Origin: Octopus sinensis | Lineage: Eukaryota | NCBI RefSeq assembly: GCF_006345805.1 | Contig: NC_043000.1 | Coordinates: 120,962,001 to 121,026,000 of the forward strand | Reading direction: 5' to 3' | Length of the DNA stretch: 64,000 nucleotides | Shown: in pieces, positions 1-14,110 of the stretch | How the letters are laid out: each line of letters opens with the position of its first letter | Position numbering within the stretch: position 1 is the first letter of the stretch | Notes under the pieces: model-generated | The model's database searches: none | What the model saw: the letters and a program-made list of their open reading frames with translations, nothing else | What the model was told of the DNA's origin: nothing | Made by a program: the position numbers and the translations under genes

Positions 1-252
1 GGATGGTTGCGAGTATGCACCGTTAAAAAGGGACGCAGAGCCTGAAGTGCATATAGTGCTCTCGTTGGCTTCTGGAGGGACGGAATTTTGTCTCCCTCCT
101 TCCCTCTTTCTCTCTCCCTCTGATATTTATTCTTTTTTTCACCCAAGATGTTATCTCTAGATGAATACTACAAAAACTGGCCTATCGACATGTATAAATA
201 TTTAGTGCAAGGCCCGATTAAGACGATAAACGCCGAAAACACTTAAAAGGCT

Positions 253-600
253 TTGGTGCTCCAATATACCTGATTGCAGACACTCAACTTACGCAAGAAA
301 TGAAGAGGCATGCCGTTATTGTGGTTAGAAAGGTTGAGCATAACGATTTAGGAATATCTTCATTGGTGCTCCAATATACATGATTGCAGACACTCAACTT
401 ACGCAAGAAATGAAGAGGCATGCCGTTATTGTGGTTAGAAAGGTTGAGCATAACGATTTAGGAATATATTCATTGGTGCTCCAATATACATGATTGCAGA
501 CACTCAACTTACGCAAGAAATGAAGAGGCATGCCGTTATTGTGGTTAGAAAGGTTGAGCATAACGCTTTAGGAATATCTTCATTTTTAAAGTTGCCAGAT
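253..600 (+). repeat. 110-bp tandem triplication containing an inverted copy of the 5' coding part of the adjacent mariner
   Basis: The unit starting TTGGTGCTCCAATATAC recurs at 253, 363 and 473. From TGATTGCAG onward it is the reverse complement of 2272-2381. Confidence 0.9.
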
Positions 601-889
601 ATAAACAATAATAAGTCTTGAAAGTAAATTTCCCAATCATATAAACCATTTCCAATAATATTTTAGCAAGTTTAAAGAAAATTGTGAACTCCACTGTCTT
701 TGATGTGTTAACCAAGTGATTATTTTGATTAATAACTAATCTAGCACTGATTAAGCATGATATAAACAGGGTGCGTAAGACATCTGAAGACATATTTATG
801 TCTATATAAAAACAGATATAATAACAGATTATAATTTTATTTATCAAAAAATGGTATGACGATAAAAATAAACCTTCTTTTCTATATTG

Positions 890-2382
890 TTATTCAATAA
901 AGCCATCTTCAGTTTCAACAACTGCTTCTATACGAGATCTAAATCATCTACATGCACGAATCAAGTGGCCCTGGTTCATTCTGGACATTACTCTGACTAT
1001 AGCAGCTTTCAATGAATCTTTGGTATTATGGGCGTGTTCATTGACCTCTCTCAGCAACGATCCACATGTAATAGTCCAATGGATTGAGATCTGGGGAATT
1101 AGGAGGCCAAATTTAGTGGTTATGTAATCATCAAAATGTTCAGCGATCCATTTGTGTTATTAGAGCCATGTGTGATAGAGCAGAGTCTTACTGAAACACT
1201 TATGGCAATCCATTGCATACACTGTATATCCAGGTCTTAACAATTGTTTGCAGGACCTCAATGTAGGCGGCAGAGTTGATTCTAAGGCCTTGTAGAAAGA
1301 AGTAAGGAGGCATCACATGTTTCTTCATTGCTGACAACCCATATAACCATGACAGTTTCAGGAAATTTTGTATACTTAACACTTGGATCTTCAGAAAGGT
1401 CTACACATAACATTCTGTTCTGTTAACTTTTTGATCTTGGTCGAAATTTCTCTCGTTTAAGAAAAGCCAAATCATATCTTCTGCTGGATTTTTGAGTTTG
1501 TTTAAGAGCCTTTTATATCTGACTAGCAGTATCGCCCGGCGTTACTCGGGTTTGTTAGGGAAATAACTATATAAGCATTTTTAGAGAGTTATAGTCAAAA
1601 AATAGCAAAACAATGCATTAAAAATGGAAAAGAAATGATGGTAATTTTTTTTTAAATCGTTGACTCATCGTAGACATTTTTAGAGAGTTACTTCCCTTAT
1701 ATAATAGCGAAAAATGCATTAAAATGGAAAAAAATGATGGTAATTTTTTTTAATCGTACACTCATCGTAGACGCGCGCTAATACCCAGAAGGTCTCGATA
1801 TGAATCACGACTATAAGATACCCGGTTTTGGTTAAACTGCACCGCAAAATGTGGGAGTAGTTAGGAATCTAAATCGTAGGAGACAGACACACAACCTCTC
1901 TTTTATATATAAAAATGTAGTGATTTTCCTTTGCTTTTTCTGACAAATTGACCTCACCTCACCATATCAGATTTATAGCTGATGTCTTCGTTGACTGCAT
2001 TTCTAGCTGTTCCTCCTGTGCATGGAGATCTTTTGCAATTGACCTCATGGACATCCTGGGAATGTATATATATATATATATATATATATAATCGTGAGTA
2101 AGTAAGTACAGATAGATAGATAGATAGATAGAGTGATACATAGATACACTTCCTGGATAAATTCAAGTATTCTGATGATTTCCGAGCGTTTAGAATGCTT
2201 TTTATGCTTGGATACTGGTGATACGTTTCCATCTTCAATCTATAGATTCTTACAAACTTTGTAGACGAAAGATCTGGCAACTTTAAAAATGAAGATATTC
2301 CTAAATCGTTATGCTCAACCTTTCTAACCACAATAACGGCATGCCTCTTCATTTCTTGCGTAAGTTGAGTGTCTGCAATCAT
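890..2382 (-). pseudogene. Disrupted DD37D/maT-like transposase
   Basis: Minus-strand peptides include KRHAVIV..., RLLNKLKNP..FDQDQKVNR, HVMPPYFFLQGLRINSAAYIEVLQTIVK and IWPPNSPDLNPLDYY (~1069-1113). It carries stops, frameshifts and a Helitron insertion. Confidence 0.85.
1523..1915 (-). mobile_element. Non-autonomous Helitron-like element nested in the mariner
   Basis: On the minus strand it begins A|TTTTTATATATAAAA and ends with the hairpin CCCGAGTAACGCCGGG followed by ...CTAG|T. Removing it rejoins the transposase at an A^T site. Internal subrepeat at 1621-1770. Confidence 0.75.
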
Positions 2383-3639
2383 TATTTTCTGAATAAAAGA
2401 TTTACAAAGTTAACAAAATATGCAGCAATGTTAAAAAAAAAGTATGTCCTCAAATACCTTACGCACACTGTAGATAAGCATGCTCTGAATATTTTTTACC
2501 ATAGATATGGCTGACGAGAAAGAACATTTTATATTTTTGAATGGTAGTGAAAGTGAGAAATTATCAGGAAGAAAATTAGTAAAATTACTTAACTAAAGTA
2601 GTTTTAACTAATAACAGAAAACGGATTATAAACTCTATGACGTTTGTCTGTAGGAAATAAATATATTTAAGTAGAGACCTTTTGTAAGATGGATTACAAC
2701 TAGAAAAGAAACTATTACGCAAAACTAGCTTTTACAGGTCTGTCTCTAAAATTATTTTACATATGGATGTTACCACTTAATGAATCAGAAATATGAACGT
2801 GTAAAGTAAGATACTGTTTCGTGTGACAATACCAGGAGAAGTAGCGGAAAATGTTATCAGTCAGACACTGAATACTAAAACCATCTCAAATTGCAGCTTA
2901 CATAATTATTGATCTATGTAACATATTATTGAGATTGGAAATATTAAACTGCAAAACCATTACCCAATAAATAAATTTACCAACTCATCATATATATAAA
3001 CACACGAGCTCGCCCCCACCTCTCTCTCCTCTCCGTCTCTCCGTCTCTCTGTCTCTCATCAACACACACTACCATACGTATGCACATACTTATATATAAA
3101 CCTACATACTTGTACACGCATATATAAATGTCTGTCTCGATATATAGAAAAAACGCTATACATTATTACTATATTAATATATACAACCATTAAAGAATGA
3201 AATAAATACATATTAATATCATGTAAAGATGATTTATATATATATATATTATATTATATTTTGTTTTGTTTTTCATTTATTATTTATAATATTTGCCTCT
3301 AATCTTTCGGCAGTGTTTAAAACAGTGTGGTTCAGTAGATTGTTTTAGAAAAATCATTATAACTTCTGAAGGTGAATCGTATTATATATTATATCGCAAT
3401 TAATTAAGATATTACTCTACATATAGCGATTAGGAATAAAATAATGTGTTTAGCTTGATGAATTTTCTTTCCTTTTATTAATGTTTTTTTTATCGTATTT
3501 ATTTACGTATAACATAGAGACAATACATTAAATGAATCATTTGTGCATGCTCTCGTTTATAGCAGAACAAACATAAATAATCCTGAGGGTGTGTAATTGT
3601 TTGAGATTATATGAATGGTCCAATCTTCAAGTCTGCATA

Positions 3640-5040
<1,401 letters not shown>

Positions 5041-6280
5041 GCGCCCACACAATTTTGTGTATAAGTGAAAGTGAAAGGAAGTTAGACAAGTGCTTGACAA
5101 TTGATAATATTATATCGATTGAAGAATTGAGAATAGCTCTAATGCAATGGATAAGAATACTTCTTTATCTTAATTTGAGTAGATTTTCAGTGAAAATTAT
5201 GTAAACTAATAGCTTAGAATCCACCAACAGGCAATTGTGTTTTCTTGTTAAACCTTTTATTGTATGTTTCGTATTGTTCTCGTCTAAACAAACAAAGAAA
5301 CTTATCCAGCATCTTCTAGATTATACTTAACGTGTAGTTACCCGGTCCAAGATTACTGCTGATAAAACAAGATAAGAAAGTATATTTTCCCTGTCTCTGT
5401 CGAAGGAGTACATATGTTGAATGGGCATTCTTTAAAATCGTTTACTCTTTGAACATTCTTATAAGAATCCATATCATGCCGTAGCTATGATTATAACCTT
5501 AGAAGAATGAATTTCTTGAACAGACATTAGAATATCCTCAAATAGAAATATCTTCATATTATCGAGATAGGTACATCGTATTTAGTACGCACAGAAGATT
5601 CTCTGCCTTTCGCTATTTAAAAGATAGAAAGAGAAAAAGTAACATGGTTCAATACTTCATTTTCTACCGCTATATATTCCACATTGGATATTTCCCTAAA
5701 ACACAGCATCCACTTGTATAGAACATTTCGCTGACACCCAAATAGAATTTGCGAGATAAATTCGCAAATGTCAGGCAACGTTGTGGAAACTAGGGAGGTG
5801 GGTAGTGGAACAACTATAAAGAACTCATGAAAAATTTACAGTCGAAAAACTATAAAGAACAAATGAGAAATTTACAGTTCTTATATCCAGTGCTTACTTT
5901 CATTCTTATCCGTTATGCTTGCTTCACTGGTCTACGTAACAACTGATTTTCATATAACCCCCAAAATACGGGCCATGTGAGTGTGCGCTGCTGGATAAAG
6001 GCATAACAAACCCATTCAGCTATTCTCCAGAAGTGCCCTGTTGATGTTTCACGTTTCTAATCCTGCGTACCGCAGCATGTCCAGCAGCATGTCTGCTTTC
6101 CTTGAAACGGATAGCTAATTCTGGAACGCCCTGCATGGTGTAGCGTTATTAGTTGTTGCGTTGCTCGGGTTAATATTAAAATCAAAGGTCTTCGCGCCGT
6201 AAGCATCCCATCTTTTTGTTAAGCATATTGTATCAAGGAGTATATTATCCAAAATATATCTCTCCCTTATATGCATGGTT

Positions 6281-6400
6281 GCGTGGTTGAGAAACTTGCT
6301 TTCCAACCATGTCACCTTGGGTTCAGTCCCACTGTGCAGGATGTTGGGCAATTCTCTTTCATTACAGCTCCGTGCCGACCAAAGATTTGTGTTTTATATA
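6281..6400 (+). mobile_element. Degenerate CORE-type tRNA-SINE head fragment
   Basis: GCGTGGTTGAGAAACTTGCTTTCCAACC...GGGTTCAGTCCCACTG...TTGGGCAA resembles the copy at 56557. Confidence 0.6.
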
Positions 6401-6554
6401 ATTGCGATTACTATACTGATATATGAAATAACACATACAACTCACTTATTATTGTCATATAATAAATAAACAGAAGTTCTTGTATGAAATTTATCTTTTT
6501 TCTACTTTAATTATTATGTTTTTTCTTATCAAATACACACATACAGGAGGAGTG

Positions 6555-6636
<82 letters not shown>

Positions 6637-7611
6637 ATATATTTTTAATGTGGCTCCCTAGAAAGAATAAAAGTAATTACTTGATGAATGACGGGTGTTT
6701 TTGCAAAATCTTTAATAAATATCCAACTTTTTAAAAATGTTGGGCATTAATGGATTATAAATTAAATACAGCTCTATTAAAGTAAGCGGTATCGGTGGTA
6801 AATACAGAAGTTATATTCTTTTTTATGCGCCAAATTTGACAACACAACGCATCTATCTATGTGAAGATTTTTTTATAATTTTGATTTCGAACTCCAAATT
6901 CTGCGCGTTGTGTGATGCACATCAAGACCATTGATTCTAAGATTTGCTAACGCCTTTTCGCAATCACTGCCTGCGGCATCTATATCTGAATCTCGACCAT
7001 CATTTGGGGCGTGCTAAACAAATTGAAGCTCTTCTGCATCGTCAGTTTCAACTGCGAAGAATTCGGAATGCTCACTTGCTTCGATAATGTTCAATATTTC
7101 TTCTGCGTCCCTCTCGACATTAATATTTCTCTTCGGCATCGTTGTTATGAAAACGAAATGAAGCAATTATAAGCATTTTAGAGCTAAATGTAAAATTGTA
7201 TTTATTTTTGCAATTAAGTAATAGATCCTTAAACATATTTACTAGCAAAAACAACAAATTAAAAAAAGAAGAAAAAATGCATGCAATTGTACGTGAAATA
7301 TGAATTCTATAATATTCTGAAATTAACACTCCGATTCCCAGTGTATGATTTATTAAACTCAAGGGAAAAACACTTAATAAATTAAAACATTCAAAATATT
7401 TTTGGTTCAAATATTATTTAAAGTTAAAAGGCATAAGTTGCTGAATTAAAAATATTAATTAAAGTTTGGGATTCTCTATCACTTAAAATGTACAGAGCAT
7501 AAACTTGCCGTCTATAAAACTCACTCGACCAAATCAAAATGACTACTGAAGGAAAAGTTCGCAGCAAAATGTTAAATAAAATTATAAGGCCAAAGTTGCC
7601 TATGCTAAAGA

Positions 7612-7925
7612 AATTGTTAAAGTCCATATTGGTATAGGTTTTTTGAAATGAAAGGTAGAGCGGTTAAATAAAAAAATTTTTTCTCTTTGGTAAACTTTTC
7701 CGCATGATTTATCGCACGTTGTGCACTAATTGGAAAATGTGCATTCGTCTAAGTATTTACCAATTTTCGCAAGCCAAAATTATCAAACATTGTTGGAGAA
7801 AACGTTAAAGTCCATATTGGTGTAGGTTTTGAAATGAAAAGTAAAGCGGTTAAATTTTTAAAATTATTTTTCTGTGGTAAAGTTTTCTGCGTGATTTATC
7901 ACACGTTGTATCGCCAATTGTTATG
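7612..7925 (+). repeat. Diverged ~190-bp direct duplication
   Basis: AAAGTCCATATTGGT(A/G)TAGGTTTT...GATTTATC(G/A)CACGTTGT occurs at ~7619 and ~7808. Confidence 0.75.
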
Positions 7926-8096
7926 ACGGCTGTTTTGTTACGCTATAATTTTATAGATAAAATAAAACATTTAACGAAGCAAGGAAAAACAACGTAACAA
8001 TCCAACACACTCTCCACGAACTATACACGAACCAACAAACGATATTTCGACAAACTATCCAAACGACACCTTACTACTGCCTGCGATTAACGCCTA

Positions 8097-8127
<31 letters not shown>

Positions 8128-8368
8128 CTGTCTATCACTCAGACCGCTATTATTTATAGTGGTTCTGTCAAGTGTTTTCTCGCAGGGTGTACCGTGACTC
8201 TTGTCACAGCAGTATCTGAATGTTTACTAATTTTCACTGCCTATTTCTTCTATAAATCATCGTTTGTCTTTGCTTATTTTCTTCCATTTTAAAAAGAATC
8301 AGCGGGAAATTTGAAGAATTTAATCCTTGCAAGATAAGTAAGGTTAATACTAATGTTCATTTTCTCAG

Positions 8369-8449
8369 ATGTCTGAGTCTCAATATCGACAAGAACATAA
8401 GACGAGCAGAGAGTGAGAGACGGTATATGCTGCGAATGAACATAACAGG
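8369..8449 (+). CDS. Candidate 81-bp internal exon of an unidentified host gene (CLSLNIDKNIRRAESERRYMLRMNITG)
   Basis: Branch-like TACTAAT, pyrimidine tract and CAG acceptor, GG|GTAAGC donor. One frame is open and the exon is symmetric (phase 2-2). No protein family recognised. Confidence 0.3.
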
Positions 8450-9269
8450 GTAAGCTCAAATAAAACTAGCCCAAAGCCCCAAAGTACACAGTCTGTCATA
8501 AGATGATATAACAGTTTAATTCCTTCGAATTTGGTAAACGTACATGGTCCAACCCTTCCTCAAACAATATTTTAATTTCAACATATAAATGCTTTTTTTT
8601 ATCCTGCTTTGACATTTAACCCCCAACCGTATGTTCAAAGATTTTCTTTTTATATTCATGCTTCTCGTTTATTGGATATTAGGGATGCATGTAAATTATC
8701 ATTCGTTATAAAGCATCAGAATTAAAATTTTACATACTAAAACGTGGCTTCAGATTAATTAAACATTTTTTACAAATGTATAAGATCTAACACTGTTTAG
8801 AAAAGCAGTTCTATTTTGCAAAGCTTGTGTGAGCATGTTATTTTCAGGTAATTTGGGAGATTAATTATTGCTAATAGTAACCGCCTTTAGCAGCGATAAT
8901 TAGTGTTGCCATTCTGGGTGTTTTAATATCGCTTTTATTACTGCTATTTTTCAGCGACTTCAGTTACTATAGTTACGAATGCAACAGAGAAACAGAGAAG
9001 CTGCTTGCTAATAATATGTCTAATACATATTGTTCCGCTGCAACACGAAGAATTGACCACATAACCTATAATTCAAAGTGTCACATTCTTTAAAAGATAT
9101 ACGCGACATCTGATCAATAAGTATCCGGAATGTTGCCATAGTAACAAAGTTGAAGCAGGCAGAGCAATGGCGCTTGGAAAAAATTGACCTTGAGCTCTGT
9201 CGTGCAATAGGTTTTAGCGTTCTATCGCACTTTCGCTGTTTGCAGCAATGCATGGAAGGAAGCTGTGTA

Positions 9270-9460
9270 GCGTGTGATCATCGCATTGACTATGAAAGAG
9301 AAACTTGTCATGGCGATACCTGCTCAGAGGCCTGTACAAAGTTGCAGGAAGAGGACTGGTGGAGTGTATGAGTCACACACAAGTGTACGAGCGGTTCAGA
9401 CGTTTCCAAGATGACTGAAGAAATGTCGATATTGACGAACGTCCGTACAAACCGCAAATA
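9270..9460 (+). pseudogene. Mariner transposase N-terminal HTH remnant
   Basis: The frameshifted peptide ...GDTCSEACTKLQE / ECMSHTQVYERFRRFQD..NVDIDERP resembles the mariner N-terminus. Confidence 0.55.
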
Positions 9461-10499
9461 CATGTTCAAAGCTTGATGCACATAATATATCCAGTCAATG
9501 GAAACGAAGACACAATGAATTCCACATCATTATTACAAGGCATATGGCATCTCAACATCTGGTGGGTTAACGATGAAGTAAATTGAACAAAACCATTCAC
9601 TAAGAACGGTAAGAGATATCAATTATGCTTAACTGTCAAGGATAAAAATTGGGTTTCACTTCACTGAGATGGATGATACTTTCTTCACATTTCTACACAG
9701 AAGATAATCAGTCTTGAACACCTTAAATTATTTTCATATTGAATACTTCACAATTGTAGCTGAATAAATAGTAACGAAAATTCTAAAATTACGCCCAGTT
9801 TTGTCTCTCATTAAGAGCGCAGGAAACGTCTTATAATGACAGCCTGCGAAAACACGTGTTCTGCTCACAACCACGGACACAGAATGACGCACGCGCACAC
9901 ACACAGTTGTACATACCGACACACAGAAACAAACAATCACAGAAAGGTACATACACATCTGGATATGGATATCGGAGGTTATATTCTCTTTAGAAGAACT
10001 CTTCTGTCAAACAAATGCCACACACCAAAACCTCTATAATCTCGCTTTCTCCACGTTTATTCACTAACTACCAACACATATCTAACTTTTTTCTCCCGAT
10101 CTGTACACGCGTGCGCGAAGACACTCACACACCCACACACATACACACAAATATGCATTTATACATACGTATATATAATAAATATCATAGGGCAAACTGA
10201 AATATTAGAAGTTTCCATTACCAGTGGCCTAGCGTGTAAAACATTTAGTCAATAGACTATATATTATTAATATAAATACAATATACATTTAAATACAAAA
10301 GGGATATCCATCATAGGACTACCTGTAGGCTACAGAGGACAGAGTGGTTTGGAATTTAACTGTTCTCTCTAGCGTGCAAGTACTCTTATGATGGATACCT
10401 TTTTGTGTTTAAATATACACTGTATTTATATATATATATATATATACATATATACATACATATATATGTGCGTGTGTGTGTGCATATATGTATGCATGC

Positions 10500-10538
<39 letters not shown>

Positions 10539-10814
10539 AGGAATGAATGTAAAAACGCAATACGCATGATGTACTGTAGACAATTCAAAATAATCCACTA
10601 ATATATCAGTGGCCAGAACAATTATTGCACTTTTCTTAAAAGAAGAGTTCAATAATTGTGAAAAATTACAATTATGACGGAGAGGGTTAAAATCCTTACA
10701 TGGCTAGGAATAGCAGTCAAAACCGCTATAAAGCCACTCTAATCACTCATATTATTCATCCTCAATTATAAATGCTGTCGACCAGCGACGTGACACTAAA
10801 ATTCAAAACCTAAA

Positions 10815-10820
10815 TATATG

Positions 10821-10891
<71 letters not shown>

Positions 10892-10922
10892 CATATATAA
10901 ATATTATAAATATATAATCGTA

Positions 10923-10953
<31 letters not shown>

Positions 10954-11115
10954 ATCTATATCTATATATATATATATATCTATATATATATACATATATA
11001 TATATGCATATACATAATTATATAGGTATAAATGAATATATGTATATACCTATATCAATATCTCTCACTCTCACTATATTTATGTATACATACATACATA
11101 TATATAATATATACC

Positions 11116-11169
<54 letters not shown>

Positions 11170-11189
11170 CATATATATATACGTATATA

Positions 11190-11271
<82 letters not shown>

Positions 11272-11290
11272 TATATACATATAATTATGT
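10815..11290. repeat. Long (TA)n-dominated microsatellite field
   Basis: Directly visible. Confidence 0.95.
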
Positions 11291-11639
11291 ATTATATAAG
11301 CATAAAAATAACGGAAGCGTTAAACAAAAAAGATGAAAACCTAAAAAAATGCAGCTTTGACATTTAGGAAAAAAAAATGCTAACGCTTCATTGATTCCAG
11401 TAGCCATCGCTTCCCCAAACACACATGACTAAGTTATTTTTAGAGGGTATTTAATGAGATTTTCGGTTATTTTGCCTTTGATTTTTTGAATAATGAATGG
11501 TGGACATCAAACATAGCCTAGTATTCGCTTAACAATAAACACATTGACCGCCACTGAGTAATGAGAACGTCAATAGAATATTAATCAATAATGTATGTAT
11601 TGATAGACATTGGTAGAAGCTATCGATTTATTCTCACAC

Positions 11640-11690
<51 letters not shown>

Positions 11691-12062
11691 GGCATACGTA
11701 CATAAAAGCCAAATCTTACGCATATATTAACATATATATATGACGGCATATATACTGAAATGTCTAAATACATTTATGCATGCCTATTAATAATTATAGA
11801 AATCCATATATATCAACACCCTTCATTTGGTTTGAAGGACGCCGCTTATGTATACCCATGCCATATCTGATATATTGGTGGTGTGTCTGTTTCAATGTAC
11901 GCATCCTGATGTACGAAACTCTCTCTGTCTATCTTTATCTCTCTCTCTCTCGCTCTCTTTCTAAAGCTAACCAATATCTACAGCTTCAGTTCTATTCACA
12001 ACACTTATCATTTCTTTTATTCCCTTCTCAGTACGTTGATATATGTATGTATGTACATATGC

Positions 12063-12142
<80 letters not shown>

Positions 12143-12368
12143 GAGGGCGTGTGCTGAAAAGGTTTTGGCTCTGGGTAAAATAAAATAAGATAGGATCAGT
12201 TAATTATGATTAATTTAACATGTTCCTTTCTCGGATCCACACAGTTTTTGCAGCAGTTCTTCACTTTTCTGAGCCCTGTAAAGGAACTCGAAAGGTTCGC
12301 CTTCAACCAGGCCTTTGGCGATGTCCTTAAAGTCAGGAACTATGCATCACACCGTCGTCGTATATGTA

Positions 12369-12403
<35 letters not shown>

Positions 12404-12439
12404 AGGTTTGGAGATGATGTACAGGTATTATATATTAGA

Positions 12440-12615
12440 AGAAATGAGGTACTCAGAAGATCGGATGGTTTATATTTACAGATATTTATTTATATATTAC
12501 ATTTTTTATATATATATATCATATCACTTAGATCATTAGCGCTTTCTCCCATTCTAGTGGGGTTTGATTTGAAACCCCACTAGAATGGGAGAAAGCGCTA
12601 ATGATCTAAGTGATA

Positions 12616-12662
<47 letters not shown>

Positions 12663-12721
12663 AATATATAAATAAATATCTGTAAATATAAACCATCCGA
12701 TCTTCTGAGTACCTCATTTCT
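12440..12721. repeat. Near-perfect inverted repeat with a 6-nt spacer; each arm carries an internal (TA)n
   Basis: Arms 12440-12565 and 12572-12721 are identical apart from homopolymer and TA-tract length. Confidence 0.92.
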
Positions 12722-12830
12722 ACTATATATATATATATATATATACATATTGATAGAAATGGCAAGGAAACAAAAGAATGAAAGAGACCTCGATTTTATA
12801 TAAATAGAGGAACTTATCTGTAAATATAAC

Positions 12831-13042
12831 ATGTGACACTTATTCGGTAGCCATGATAAAACTTCGAGTTTCGGATGTCGGGGCGGAAACCCGTGTCTCC
12901 ATCTCTTCAGTTACCGGGTCATCGATATATTTTCATAGAATTTGTTTTCGATGGCTCGACAACTGAAGAGATGCTGGCGTGGGTTTCCGCCTCGGCATCC
13001 GAAACTCGGAGTTTTATCATGGCTACCGAATACTTGTCACAT
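12831..13042. repeat. Inverted repeat of two hammerhead-bearing arms
   Basis: Arms 12831-12912 and 12961-13042 each read CTGAAGA-GATG...CATCC-GAAA-CTC outward from the centre. Confidence 0.88.
12958..13018 (+). ncRNA. Type-I hammerhead ribozyme-like motif with extended stem II
   Basis: CTGAAGA at 12963-69; stem II GATGC/GCATC with inner GGCG/CGCC; GAAA at 13001-04; stem III ACTC/GAGT with a 1-nt loop; weak stem I. Confidence 0.6.
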
Positions 13043-13159
13043 ATATATCTTATTACTTTAGAGAAATTTGGAAACCTAGATAGGATGCGCACGAAATAAA
13101 TAAAGTTACATAAGCACATACAGAATGTATGTATGTGTGTGTGTGTAATAATAATGATG

Positions 13160-13197
<38 letters not shown>

Positions 13198-13201
<4 letters not shown>

Positions 13202-13378
13202 TCGAAAAATACCTTAGGAATGATAACCCAGGTTCCAAATTACCCCAAAACACCTGATGAAGCCTGGGGGGTACGAAATGCTGTGTTAACAGCAAACAAC
13301 ATGAGGACAAATATCTGTCAAATGTAAATAATATAAATAATGTACATAATTCCTCATCTCTTAAATATAGAACTGTAT
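13198..13378 (+). mobile_element. (AAT)n-linked short repeat with a decayed hammerhead motif
   Basis: Homologous to 19637-19780. CTGATGA is at 13254 and GAAA at 13275, but the 3' arm of stem II is deleted. Confidence 0.75.
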
Positions 13379-13824
13379 TTAGACACTATGCCTGGCACAT
13401 ATACGACTTCCTAATGGTTAAACCAAAGATATATGCAATTATTAAAACGGTATTTATTTTACTCTCTTCTGTTGTTCAATCGCCGTGGAAGATACAAAAC
13501 CGAAGCGGGAGCCTCTGTTCATACATACTAAATAATCTTGCTGTCGCGAGTCCTATATAGTTTGGGAATATTTTGCCGGTATTCAGGAATAAATTATTTG
13601 TCTTACGGTATTGACCACTTCCAAGAAAGTCACACGTAGAGAAATATCTTCAGTGGCCTCCCACAAACTACGCATATGATGAAAGTACAGCATAAAAGTC
13701 CACTTTTGTGACAGTGTGTAGAGGTCGAGACAAATTCACAATCCTGGTTAGTCACCATTTTTCAAAGCATAATTCTATTCTAGCCTTTCTCCACAACTGA
13801 AACACTGACAGGTGTAACACATAT

Positions 13825-14110
13825 TGTTTGTTCCTTCACGAGCCATGCCTGGCTCATAAGGGCCGGTATCCCGGTTTCCCTTGGCATGGACGGGACGCCG
13901 GTCCATTGCGGGTGAGATGCAAGATGCAGGAAGAAAGAGTGAGAGAAAGCTGTGGCGAAAGAGTCATCAGAGGTTCGCCATTACCTTATACCAGGGCCGC
14001 GTGGAACTTAGGTGTTTCGCTCATAAACACACATCGCCCCGTCTAAGATTCGAACTTGCGATCTCTCGACTGCGAGTCCGCTGCTCTAACCATTAGGCCA
14101 TGTGCCTCCA
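13825..14110 (-). mobile_element. tRNA-derived SINE (GGAGGCACATGGCCT head family)
   Basis: A-box and B-box-like head on the minus strand, (AAC)-type tail, TSD AACACATAT at 13816 and 14112. Confidence 0.88.

Larger units (their letters stand above)
767..2470 (-). mobile_element. Tc1/mariner DNA transposon, maT/DD37D-like, degenerate
   Basis: Imperfect ~30-bp TIRs: CAGGGTGCGTAAGACATCTGAAGACATA at 767 and the reverse complement CAGTGTGCGTAAGGTATTTGAGGACATA ending at 2470, followed by TA. Transposase remnants lie on the minus strand. Confidence 0.85.

Noticed and set aside
6880-7145. Acidic minus-strand peptide resembling a piggyBac N-terminus, with GTTAA-ending motifs at ~7575 and ~10690
   Set aside because: No catalytic motifs and no matching TTAA-bounded TIR pair were found.
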